From sequence record SRR20825006_2113: 64,000 nucleotides of DNA; one strand, given 5' to 3'. A program made the translations under genes and the position numbers. The notes under the pieces are model-generated. The model was not told the DNA's origin. It did no database searches and saw nothing but the letters and a program-made list of their open reading frames with translations. Positions 1 through 8,618 of the stretch are shown here, piece by piece (the stretch's first letter is position 1; each line of letters begins with the position of its first letter).

Positions 1-35
1 CACGCAACTACTCATAGCCGAGACCGTTGGGCATA
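1..35 (+). repeat. Right half of an attC-like site ending in a GTTRRRY core (GTTGGGC at 26-32); truncated by the window edge
   Basis: ...CTCATAGCCGAGACC-GTTGGGCATA, 15 bp upstream of the ATG at 51. 26-35 is the exact reverse complement of 1448-1457. Confidence 0.55.
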
Positions 36-50
36 ATACGAAGAAACTAA

Positions 51-1442
51 ATGAGTACAGAGAAAATAGCTTTAATATTAGACAAAATTGACAGAGGTAC
101 AATAACTACAACTCTGCAAACTAATGGATATTTTGGTAGGCTGAAAATTCTAAACTCAAGTGTAAAAAATTGGGAAAGTATTTGTGAAATATTAGAAGAT
201 GATGTAGAAAACGAGATAATCGTTTTAGGAAAATTTACAGAGCACACATTATTTAGAATGTGTATTCCTGAATTTAAAGATGTTGTAGAAAGATTGTTGT
301 TATTATTAAAACAAAAAAAGCATATCATTTTTATATACAAAGACAATCTCATAGGCAATTTTAGTTATTTCAAATCTGTAGAGATTAAAAAGACAGTTTT
401 TGAAGTTGATAATGAAGATGATTACATATACTACAGTCAAACAGGTTTACAAAACTTCCTAACGTTTCACGATATTGAAGAATCTGAATCCGAATATTTA
501 TCTCGAGTAATAGGTCTAATTAAAAGGGTAAATGTGGAATTAACTACTCTACCCTATGAAAAACTCATTGATGTTGAAATATCTGGCCAAAATTTTATTG
601 AAAATATTGCCGAAGGTCTTTTATTTAGAATATACATACCTAATGATAGAATTTGGAGTAATGAATTCGACAGATTTATAACACTTTTTAGAGATTATGC
701 TTCAAACATAGCAAACGAAGAACTTAAAATCACCCAAAACAGAACCGATTTAGGCGTAATTTGCTCGCTCTATTCAATTAATCAAGATATTTCCGAATCT
801 GAAATAAATGATTTATATAAACAATTTACTTCATTTATGGATTTATGTTCATCCAATCCCAAAGAAGCTGAAAAACTCATTGATGAACTCGATATTTCGG
901 AACCTAAAAAGCAAAATATCTTAAAAAAATATATCAAAGAATCTCAACGACTTTTACTTGATATTAAACAAGAAAGAGAATCAAAAATTTTGACAATTAA
1001 ACATAAACTTCAGAATGAACTACAAGAGTATGAGTTGTCTAAAGATGTGCTTGAATATATTGATAAAACCGTTCCAAGTTCAGAAACAACAAAACATTTA
1101 ACTTTCGGAAATCAAATAGTTCAAAACCAGACTATTTTAATGAATCCACAAATTATTAATAAAGTAGATGGCATTGTAACAAACGAACTAAATGGCAACA
1201 TTAATTTTAGTCCAGAAGAGAAGGAATTGAACAAGTTAATTGAAAAATTTAGCGAAACAATATCAGAAGCAACTGAACTTCAAACATCTCTTTACGAATT
1301 GAAAGATAAAGCAAGTTCAAAGGAAAAGAAAAGAGGTGCTTGGCAAAAATTATATGGCTTTTTAGGAAAAGTCGGCGACAAAGTTGGCGACGTTGGAATT
1401 AGTTTGTTGACAAAATACATAGAGCAACAAATGGGAATATAA
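51..1442 (+). CDS. Hypothetical protein, 463 aa, AT-rich, with a predicted coiled-coil C-terminal half; cassette-like context
   Basis: Long ORF with no recognisable catalytic motif. K/E/Q/L-rich helical stretches and an amphipathic C-terminal segment (WQKLYGFLGKVGDKVGDVGISLL). Confidence 0.8.
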   Translation: MSTEKIALILDKIDRGTITTTLQTNGYFGRLKILNSSVKNWESICEILEDDVENEIIVLGKFTEHTLFRMCIPEFKDVVERLLLLLKQKKHIIFIYKDNLIGNFSYFKSVEIKKTVFEVDNEDDYIYYSQTGLQNFLTFHDIEESESEYLSRVIGLIKRVNVELTTLPYEKLIDVEISGQNFIENIAEGLLFRIYIPNDRIWSNEFDRFITLFRDYASNIANEELKITQNRTDLGVICSLYSINQDISESEINDLYKQFTSFMDLCSSNPKEAEKLIDELDISEPKKQNILKKYIKESQRLLLDIKQERESKILTIKHKLQNELQEYELSKDVLEYIDKTVPSSETTKHLTFGNQIVQNQTILMNPQIINKVDGIVTNELNGNINFSPEEKELNKLIEKFSETISEATELQTSLYELKDKASSKEKKRGAWQKLYGFLGKVGDKVGDVGISLLTKYIEQQMGI

Positions 1443-1447
1443 AGTAC

Positions 1448-1475
1448 TATGCCCAACAACGTGTCCTATGAAAAG
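1448..1475 (+). repeat. Left half of an attC-like site (inverse core RYYYAAC = GCCCAAC), apparently truncated or degenerate
   Basis: TATGCCCAAC begins 5 bp after the TAA stop. It is followed by CTATGA, complementary to the TCATAG in the upstream site. Confidence 0.5.
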
Positions 1476-1504
1476 CCCTAGTCCAGTTCTTTGAAGTTAG
1501 TATT

Positions 1505-1975
1505 CTACATACCAAACAATTGTTTGAAATGTTTGCGATCAAATAGCACAGAATAAGCTTGTAATTCATGTTGCAAATTATATTGTGCCAGACGAACGGA
1601 GGTGATTGTACCGGACTCATTAAAAGCATATTCAATACGTATATTGCCTTTTGGCGTATTAAAAACTAAAGGTTGGGGGTTAGTTTCCTCAAAGCCTTTT
1701 AATATCCTCTGATAAAATTGGGTGGTTTTTCCATTCACATCTTCAAAAGAAAAACTCGCATAACCTCTTAATTCCGGCTGTTGCTGGTCAAGGTATTCAA
1801 TGGTAAAAATATTTCCCACCTTAAAGGATCTAGCCAAAACCGTTTGATCCTGTATGATTTTAGCTATACCTTGACGCGATAGCTCAGCAACCGGGGTATA
1901 CTGTGCTTGAGCCGTGATCACTATAGTAAAGATGATTACATTCTGAATTGATTGAAGTAGGGAGGATGTTTGCAT
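1505..1975 (-). CDS. Hypothetical, probably exported protein (156 aa)
   Basis: ORF track; hydrophobic N-terminal stretch (VIIFTIVITAQAQ) ending in an AxA-like signal peptidase site. Confidence 0.65.
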   Translation of the reverse strand: MQTSSLLQSIQNVIIFTIVITAQAQYTPVAELSRQGIAKIIQDQTVLARSFKVGNIFTIEYLDQQQPELRGYASFSFEDVNGKTTQFYQRILKGFEETNPQPLVFNTPKGNIRIEYAFNESGTITSVRLAQYNLQHELQAYSVLFDRKHFKQLFGM

Positions 1976-2160
1976 ATAAACTGTTTGAAGACAGTAAATT
2001 ACAAAAAATTTTTATTGAGGTTGATTGAGATAGCTAATAACGATGTAATAAGGGATTTAAATTATTTAAATCCTCTATAGTTAAAAGATATTTTCGAAAT
2101 TGAGATACGGTTACTAAACAAGACTTTTTAGATTTAGAAATTTTAATAGAAAACTTTTCT

Positions 2161-3285
2161 TTGAACAATCAGACCTTTTACAACATCAGCAAGATCATTG
2201 AGCGGGATAGTAAAAGTACCACTTATAAGTTCGCGCTTTTACGAGGCGTGATCGACCTCATACAGGAAAACTCACCCTACTTGTCGGTCATCGGTGACCG
2301 GGTGCAAATACCTACCGGCTTGCTTATCGAGAAATGGCTGCTCTATTATTACCCCATTTTAGAATCCCCAACGCTAATCCCGCAGATTAATGGTACGGCC
2401 AACTTAGCCTTTACGCTTCCGTTTAATGAATTGATTGAATACTATCGCACTCGAGGTGGATATTCTGCTTTTTACAATGATCTAAAGAATAAGGGCATTC
2501 CTGCAGCGATACAGGATACCTTTTTTCAACTGGTAAAAAAGATACGCGATACGATTACGCAGATGCCTATGAAGTACATTGGGCGTTCCTTAAGTGAAGC
2601 GTACTATGCGATCTTTAACTACCAAAATAAAAGACTGAAAAGGCCACAACATTTTGATCTCGAGTTTTTGATCAATGCATTTGGTTCCTTTACCATTCCT
2701 TTAGACTATTACGAGGCTTTTAAAATTCTGGGTAGTTTTATAGGGGGACAAGACGCACTATTGTTTAAATGGGCGGAGTTTTCGGTGAATGCCTCCGGTC
2801 AGGAACTTTCGATAAACCGTGTATTGAACGAAGTTTTAAAAAGTCCGATAACCGAACGTCATATCGCGGAGTCTAAAAAACTCTATCAGGATATCCTCCA
2901 AAATCAGGGACAAGTACATTGCGTATGGACTGGGAAAAAGATTACCAGTTATGCGATAGATCACGTAGTCCCATTTGCCGTATGGAAAAATAACGACCTC
3001 TGGAACTTGCTACCGGCTGCAGCGAATATCAACGCTCAGAAACGCGACAAAATTCCCGCTCCTGAGCTTATAGAACGCCAGCGCGACCATATACTGGAAT
3101 ACTGGGAGTTGCTGCACGAGAATCAGCAACAACGCTTTCAAAAAGAAATACAAGTAGCGCTTTTAGGAAACCACTCCTTTGACACTTGGAAAAAACAAGG
3201 CATTACCCAGTTGCAAAATTCTTGTAATTACCTGATAGAAACCCGAGGGTTTGAGGAGTGGGATGTGAGAATGGCTTCGAGATAA
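2161..3285 (+). CDS. HNH endonuclease domain protein (TTG start)
   Basis: C-terminal HNH motif CVWTGK...IDHVVPF...NDLWNLLPA...INAQKRDK. The N-terminal STTYKFALLR motif is typical of this HNH family. Confidence 0.8.
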   Translation: MNNQTFYNISKIIERDSKSTTYKFALLRGVIDLIQENSPYLSVIGDRVQIPTGLLIEKWLLYYYPILESPTLIPQINGTANLAFTLPFNELIEYYRTRGGYSAFYNDLKNKGIPAAIQDTFFQLVKKIRDTITQMPMKYIGRSLSEAYYAIFNYQNKRLKRPQHFDLEFLINAFGSFTIPLDYYEAFKILGSFIGGQDALLFKWAEFSVNASGQELSINRVLNEVLKSPITERHIAESKKLYQDILQNQGQVHCVWTGKKITSYAIDHVVPFAVWKNNDLWNLLPAAANINAQKRDKIPAPELIERQRDHILEYWELLHENQQQRFQKEIQVALLGNHSFDTWKKQGITQLQNSCNYLIETRGFEEWDVRMASR

Positions 3286-3396
3286 ATAAATAATTTTGTT
3301 GATAGGTTTGTTGGTAAGTTGTTGTTATATAGTGTTTTGAAGAGTTTTCTATTCTTAGCTTTATAGAAACAATGATTAACCATTAAAAACTTTATC

Positions 3397-3528
3397 ATGG
3401 GAATTAAACGAGGACCTAAACGTATAGCCAAATCGACAGGGCAGCCCGACCGTAGACAGCGCGACAATAAAAGTACGCCCGGAAATACGCCTTGCTTAAA
3501 ACCGCATAAGCATAAGAAGGGAGATTAG
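3397..3528 (+). CDS. Small basic protein, 43 aa (MGIKRGPKRIAKSTGQPDRRQRDNKSTPGNTPCLKPHKHKKGD)
   Basis: Translated by hand: ATG 3397, TAG 3526-3528, A-rich leader typical of Bacteroidota starts. Below the ORF-track size cut-off. Confidence 0.6.
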   Translation: MGIKRGPKRIAKSTGQPDRRQRDNKSTPGNTPCLKPHKHKKGD

Positions 3529-3600
3529 ATAGGCAATTAGTTCTGTTACTTTGTGCTTTCTTTAATATAGGAGTATGGATTAAAACCTTATTTTCAGATT

Positions 3601-3780
3601 ATGTCAAATAACCTGTATATGCTACTCAACCAATTACCACCGGGAACTCAAAATCCAGATGATAACTTTCCTGTAGATTTTAAGGATCCTTTTGAAGTCA
3701 TCGTTTTTGTAATACTTCCCATGCTGATTATTATTGGGTATATTCTCTGGAAAAGAAAGCGAAAAAAACCTAATGATTAA
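3601..3780 (+). CDS. Small single-pass membrane protein, 59 aa
   Basis: Hand translation MSNNLYMLLNQLPPGTQNPDDNFPVDFKDPFEVIVFVILPMLIIIGYILWKRKRKKPND: one hydrophobic helix followed by a positive-inside KRKRKK. Confidence 0.65.
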   Translation: MSNNLYMLLNQLPPGTQNPDDNFPVDFKDPFEVIVFVILPMLIIIGYILWKRKRKKPND

Positions 3781-4197
3781 GAAGCCTGTATTATGAGTTT
3801 ATTTAAGCCCGAGAAGGCAGTAGACTTTTGCTTACACGCGTGCTGTATAATAAAGAACAAGTGTAACTGTTGATAATAGGGCAGAGTGTAGAAATGATCT
3901 TATCCAAATACTGCAGCGCATATTACGCCATTATTATATTTTAATGATATGCATACTGCTATTTTTCACTCGATCGTCACCCATAGTTTATCTGAGGTTG
4001 AGTTCATTTTAGACGTGAGCACAGCAGTATAACATAAAACTAAGGATAAAAACAACCTATAGCTTGAATAAATAACGCTAGAAGGTACAGAATCTTAAAG
4101 TCTTTACTCTATAGGATACTACGTTCATTTCAGGTATTTTTATAGCCCAAATTACTGGTTTTAATTCCAACTGCCCATATGGGGATTAACATACGAG

Positions 4198-5040
4198 ATG
4201 AAAAAGAGCAACTTAATTCCAAAAATTACTATTATTTCATTTCTCACTATGTTGTTCTCTTGCCATGATATTTCTAATGAAAATGAAAAATCAATCACAG
4301 AGAAGCAACACTTGCCTAAAGTAGCAATATTGGGAATGTTACACTTCACCTCAAAAAATAATACAGTAAGTCAAAAATTTACAGAAGTAAAAACTAAGAA
4401 GAGGCAGGCCGAAATTAAAAATTTAATTGAATCACTTAAAGTATTTAATCCCAGTAAAATAGCCGTAGAACGACCTTATCGATCGGAAGAAGAACTCAAC
4501 ACTAAATATAGAAGTTATTTAGACGGCACATATGAACTGACCGAGGAAGAGACCGATCAAATTGCCTTTCGTTTAGCACGAGAGTTAAATCATCAACGGT
4601 TATATTTAGCATATTCCCCCGTCCAATATGCTTTTGATTCAACTGTTGCTTTTGCTAAACGAAATGGACAATCGAAGCTAATAGATTCAATTATTGAAAA
4701 TGCTACGGAGTTAGCAGAAGAATATGATAAAATTGCTCTAAATGGTACAATACAAGATGCAGTCTACTACCTTAATACTGAAGGTGCAATTGCTAAGAAT
4801 CATTTAGGCTATATTCTTTTAAGTCAAATAGGAGATAAGCAAAATAAAATTGGAGCAGAAACTGTAGGAGACTGGTATAAGTCAAACATTAAAATTTTTG
4901 AAAACATAAGACAGCTTGCTGATTCGAATACAGAAAGAGTCTTGGTGCTTTACGGCCAAGGGCACTTAAAAATATTGAATCAACTCATAGAAGATAGTCC
5001 AGAATTAGAACTTGTAGATATAAATGAATATTTGAAATGA
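4198..5040 (+). CDS. DUF5694-like lipoprotein
   Basis: Lipobox LFSC; motifs VAILGMLHF, FNPSKIAVE, ETDQIAFRLA, RVLVLYGQGH. Confidence 0.65.
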   Translation: MKKSNLIPKITIISFLTMLFSCHDISNENEKSITEKQHLPKVAILGMLHFTSKNNTVSQKFTEVKTKKRQAEIKNLIESLKVFNPSKIAVERPYRSEEELNTKYRSYLDGTYELTEEETDQIAFRLARELNHQRLYLAYSPVQYAFDSTVAFAKRNGQSKLIDSIIENATELAEEYDKIALNGTIQDAVYYLNTEGAIAKNHLGYILLSQIGDKQNKIGAETVGDWYKSNIKIFENIRQLADSNTERVLVLYGQGHLKILNQLIEDSPELELVDINEYLK

Positions 5041-5194
5041 AAACCGCGACATAAGTCATTCGTTTCATGTAAAGCTTGATAAAAATACTTTAGATCAGCT
5101 TTTTAGGTTTGAAGCGTTACTAATTAATAAAATGCAGGGTTATCATAAAAAACGACGCTACATAATTGACAGTTGTTTTATAGATTTTAGATAA

Positions 5195-6451
5195 TCAAAC
5201 TTTAACCTCGATCAATTCGTTGAGGCGCGTAGTATAGCGTTTGGACAAATGATTTTGTTGCATTTTCCAGACTTTGGATAAATCTTGAGCACCAAATTTT
5301 ACTTGATCAAAGCAGTTCTTGTTAAGTCGGTCTATGGTTTGCATTAATACCTTATGCCTTGGATCTTCGTTGTAAAACAAACCGAGTTGCTTTTGCGTAT
5401 CCGGGGTTAATCCCATAACAATGATACCCGCCTTTTTATACTGATAGCCCTCGCGATATATGCGTTTTAAACCGGTCATTGCTGCATTGGTGATCACCAT
5501 AGTAGAGTTGGTTTCAAAAGGCATCTTTATAGAAATTCCATTTACATACTGTGGAAGGTCTTCCCGATGTTTATTAGTATGCAAAAAGAGATAGGCGATC
5601 TGGCAACAACTGTTTTGCTTGCGAAGCTTTAAACTCACTTTACTAGCATAAGTCGCCACGCGTTCACGAATATCTTCGAAGTCGGTATACATTTTTTCAA
5701 AAGATCGAGTAACCGCAATATTTTTCTTGACAGCAACCTCTTCTAAATCTAAAGTAGGTATTCCGGAAAGATCCCGTTGTAAACGTAAGCCTACAATACT
5801 CATCTCTTTACGCACATATTCATTTGGCAATTGTGTAAACTGCCAGGCATTAGTTACCTGAATGCTTTGTAGTTTTTTTTGATATTGACGTCCAACACCC
5901 CATACGTCTCCAATTTTCGTCCATTTTAAGCCCTTTTCGATCTTGAGTGGAGTATCAATCACATAGGTTCCTTTAGTGCGCTCAGAGAACTTCTTTGCAA
6001 TCTTATTGGCCACTTTAGCTAGGGATTTGGTAGGAGCAATGCCTATACTGATTGGAATACCTGTCGAGCGCTTAACCAGATCAATCATATTCCAACCGTA
6101 TTGCGTCAAATCGTAAAGATTAAAACCTTCCAATTTCAAAAAGATCTCATCGATAGAATAGACTTCAAGTTCCGGTGAGAAATTAGATAGAATATTCATT
6201 ACTCGAGCGCTCATATCTCCGTACAATGCGTAGTTAGATGAGAATACATTTATTTGATGTTTGCGCAGCAGTTGCTTGATCTGAAAAGCCGGTGCTCCCA
6301 TTGGGATTCCTAATTCTTTAGCCTCATTAGATCTTGCAATCACGCAGCCATCATTATTAGAAAGAACAACCACCGGCTGGTTATTCAAACTTGGATTAAA
6401 AACGCGCTCACAAGATGCATAGAAATTATTGCAGTCAATTAAAGCAAACAT
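5195..6451 (-). CDS. umuC: Y-family error-prone DNA polymerase V subunit UmuC (likely start MFALIDCNN at 6451)
   Basis: [31 protein letters not shown] catalytic motif, QLGLF clamp-binding-like motif, C-terminal [14 protein letters not shown]. Confidence 0.93.
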   Translation of the reverse strand: MFALIDCNNFYASCERVFNPSLNNQPVVVLSNNDGCVIARSNEAKELGIPMGAPAFQIKQLLRKHQINVFSSNYALYGDMSARVMNILSNFSPELEVYSIDEIFLKLEGFNLYDLTQYGWNMIDLVKRSTGIPISIGIAPTKSLAKVANKIAKKFSERTKGTYVIDTPLKIEKGLKWTKIGDVWGVGRQYQKKLQSIQVTNAWQFTQLPNEYVRKEMSIVGLRLQRDLSGIPTLDLEEVAVKKNIAVTRSFEKMYTDFEDIRERVATYASKVSLKLRKQNSCCQIAYLFLHTNKHREDLPQYVNGISIKMPFETNSTMVITNAAMTGLKRIYREGYQYKKAGIIVMGLTPDTQKQLGLFYNEDPRHKVLMQTIDRLNKNCFDQVKFGAQDLSKVWKMQQNHLSKRYTTRLNELIEVKV

Positions 6452-6452
6452 A

Positions 6453-6872
6453 TTACACTTCTTTAATGACATTGGTAACCACCCCCCAAATAAGAAACTC
6501 GTTATCTTTCGTAACCTTTATAGGCTGGTATTTTCGGTTCTCCGCAACCAGCCAAATTATATCCTTTTCAATTCGAATTCGTTTAACAGTAAATTCTCCG
6601 TCAATAAAGCATACAGCTATTTTTCCATTACGCGGTTCTAGGCTTTTATCAATGATCAATAGATCACCGTCGGATAGCCCTGCACCTTCCATAGAATCCC
6701 CTTTAACCCGTCCAAAAAAGGTAGCGTCCTTATTTCGAATATAAGCTGAATTTAAGTCAATCCCTTCATCTAAATGATCATCTGCAGGTGATGGAAAGCC
6801 ACACGACAACCCAGAAATAAACGGAATCTTTATACGCAGACCAACAATAGAGTTTAAAATAGCAATAGTCAT
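6453..6872 (-). CDS. umuD: UmuD-like S24 autoprotease, polymerase V accessory subunit
   Basis: CG|FPSPA autocleavage site, GDSM catalytic Ser, FTVKR catalytic Lys; directly upstream of umuC. Confidence 0.92.
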   Translation of the reverse strand: MTIAILNSIVGLRIKIPFISGLSCGFPSPADDHLDEGIDLNSAYIRNKDATFFGRVKGDSMEGAGLSDGDLLIIDKSLEPRNGKIAVCFIDGEFTVKRIRIEKDIIWLVAENRKYQPIKVTKDNEFLIWGVVTNVIKEV

Positions 6873-6877
6873 AAATT

Positions 6878-6926
6878 GGATTAATTCCTTTAATTAGGAT
6901 AAAATCCAAAAATAGAGAATTATTCC
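6878..6926. promoter_or_regulatory. Three tandem GGA-N5-TCC operator boxes (Bacteroidota SOS-box type) at 19-bp period
   Basis: GGATTAATTCC 6878-6888, GGATAAAATCC 6897-6907, AGAATTATTCC 6916-6926 (one mismatch), immediately upstream of umuD. Confidence 0.75.
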
Positions 6927-6938
6927 GTTTGCTTCAAA
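6907..6938 (-). promoter_or_regulatory. Bacteroidota housekeeping-sigma promoter for umuDC (-33 TTTG / -7 TAnnTTTG)
   Basis: Minus strand: TTTG (6938-6935), 20-nt spacer, TATTTTTG (6914-6907). A full match to the TTTG-N19-21-TAnnTTTG consensus. Confidence 0.7.
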
Positions 6939-7183
6939 GAAGGTTCAATCATTTTTTTCCAACATAAGTTACGAGCGAATTTCTCAGATTGATTCCTAAA
7001 GTAGAAAACCTGATCATTGCCCGTGTAGTCGTAGCCCGGCTTGGCAATACATAAGTGATACGTTTGGTTTCTGTAGGTTACCTGATAAATTGAGAAGGAA
7101 GGATCACGCTGAAGAAGCTCAACAATTGCATTCACATAGTAATTGTTAGCCAAATCATAAAGTTCTTTAGGTGTACGACTCAT
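6920..7183 (-). CDS. Small hypothetical protein, 87 aa; paralog of 8042..8302
   Basis: About 38/75 identical (hand count, ungapped) to the 8042..8302 product, sharing FARNLCWKKxIEP. Confidence 0.75.
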   Translation of the reverse strand: MSRTPKELYDLANNYYVNAIVELLQRDPSFSIYQVTYRNQTYHLCIAKPGYDYTGNDQVFYFRNQSEKFARNLCWKKMIEPSLKQTE

Positions 7184-7224
7184 AGTACTTAAAATTAATA
7201 AATTAGTCTTTAAATCAGAATTCT

Positions 7225-7974
7225 ATGTGCAACGCGACCAGTTTGACCAAGTTAAAAGAAGAAATTGTCAAGGCTTCTAAACGAAAGTTTGTTTACCCAG
7301 AAGTATATGAGCCTTACTACCACATCAATGGGTTTGGAGATAAGCTTTTGCATATTATACCTCAAGATGATGCAAAACGCATATGGCCGGCCGACTGGAA
7401 ACTAATTCCTGATTTTCATAAGGGAGCACCTACAGATTTTAAATACAATACACTCAATGCGCGAAGCGAAGATATTTTTACAAGCAACACTTACAAGAAT
7501 AGTGCTGTTTCCGGGAGATGCTTAATCTTGGCTGATGGCTTCTTTGAGCCGCATACCTACGTCAAACCCGGTACGAAAACTGAAAAGAAGCAGCCCTATT
7601 ATATCACGCTGCCGGAGCAAAAGTTATTCTACTTTGCCGGTCTTTTTAATAAGCTTGATGAAGAGTTGTACACGGTTACGATATTGACGTTGGATGCGAA
7701 TGATACAATGGCCAAAATTCATAATGCTAAAAAGCGTATGCCGCTCATCCTGGATGAACAATTCACTGAGAACTGGATCGATCCTACCTTGAACGAAAAG
7801 CAGATCAAAAACCTGATCAATGTAAGCTTCACCAATGAAGACCTTAACTACCACCCGGTTAGCAACGATATCTACAAACGGGGAGTAGATACCAACACCC
7901 CGGATATTCTTAAAGCAGTACCCGCCATAGATCCAGAAATGGATGAATCGAGCCCTACCTTATTTAAAGAGTAG
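7225..7974 (+). CDS. SOS response-associated peptidase (SRAP; YedK/HMCES family, abasic-site crosslinking)
   Basis: N-terminal Met-Cys2, NARSE, RCLILADGFFE, IHNAKKRMPLIL; adjacent to umuDC. Confidence 0.9.
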   Translation: MCNATSLTKLKEEIVKASKRKFVYPEVYEPYYHINGFGDKLLHIIPQDDAKRIWPADWKLIPDFHKGAPTDFKYNTLNARSEDIFTSNTYKNSAVSGRCLILADGFFEPHTYVKPGTKTEKKQPYYITLPEQKLFYFAGLFNKLDEELYTVTILTLDANDTMAKIHNAKKRMPLILDEQFTENWIDPTLNEKQIKNLINVSFTNEDLNYHPVSNDIYKRGVDTNTPDILKAVPAIDPEMDESSPTLFKE

Positions 7975-8041
7975 TTAGAATATCAAGTGACTGATCCATA
8001 CTTTTAGACCTTTCAATTTAGTATTTTGATGCATTGAAATG

Positions 8042-8302
8042 CTAGAGGCCTATATTAGGCTCAATGATTTTTTTCCAACACAAATTACGGGCAAAAGTTT
8101 CTGAATGGTTATTGAAATAAAAAATAGGCGCCTTGCCTATATAGCTATGCTCGCGATTGGCGATGCAAAATGTATAGCGATTCGCTCTATAATACACTTC
8201 GTACAATACATAATCGTCAGTTTGGTCAAGCAACACAATCATTGAATTGATATAATAATCATTTGCTAAGCCTAGTAACTCTTGTTTTGAACTCTTATCC
8301 AT
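8042..8302 (-). CDS. Small hypothetical protein, 86 aa; paralog of 6920..7183
   Basis: Shared LANxYYxN, CIA, FYFxNxSExFARNLCWKKxIEP. Confidence 0.75.
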   Translation of the reverse strand: MDKSSKQELLGLANDYYINSMIVLLDQTDDYVLYEVYYRANRYTFCIANREHSYIGKAPIFYFNNHSETFARNLCWKKIIEPNIGL

Positions 8303-8618
8303 AAGCGGGTAAAGATATTGCTAAAAAGTATAAGATTAACATCCCGATATATAATTGTTGGTCGATTTTCCTTGGGTCGTTTAATTTATATTGATAATAC
8401 TTATGGATATTACAGCGCCTTTATATAGTGACTGACATTTTAAAATTTGGTAGTGTTCAAATTATGGAAGAGCTAAATTTAAAACGACCGTGAGCCTCAA
8501 GATAAATCACTCTGTTCTTTGTTTAAAATACCTTAGGGCTTCTCAATTGTATGATTCAATTAATTGAATTTAAGTCAATGACGAATGACTTTAAAACTAT
8601 AATAAGATTAAATCAGAT

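Noticed and set aside
1368-1398. Short tandem duplication AAAGTCGGCGAC/AAAGTTGGCGAC
   Set aside because: Two imperfect in-frame copies (KVGD x2); not an array.
3953-4030. 8-bp inverted repeat ATACTGCT / AGCAGTAT in the 3781-4197 intergenic region
   Set aside because: Too short and unextended to support an ncRNA or MITE call.
4100-5190. Possible second attC-like cassette around the DUF5694-like gene
   Set aside because: No complementary GTTRRRY/RYYYAAC pair at the gene ends; only vague resemblance after the stop.
5195-8302. umuDC-SRAP block as part of a prophage or ICE
   Set aside because: No integrase, transposase, phage or conjugation genes and no flanking direct repeats visible.
8360-8490. 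Partial matches to the 29-bp element core (GGTCGATTTT at 8360-8369; AAAACGACCG near 8481)
   Set aside because: Only about 10 bp match, flanks do not fit, and they lie downstream of araC; could be chance in AT-rich DNA.
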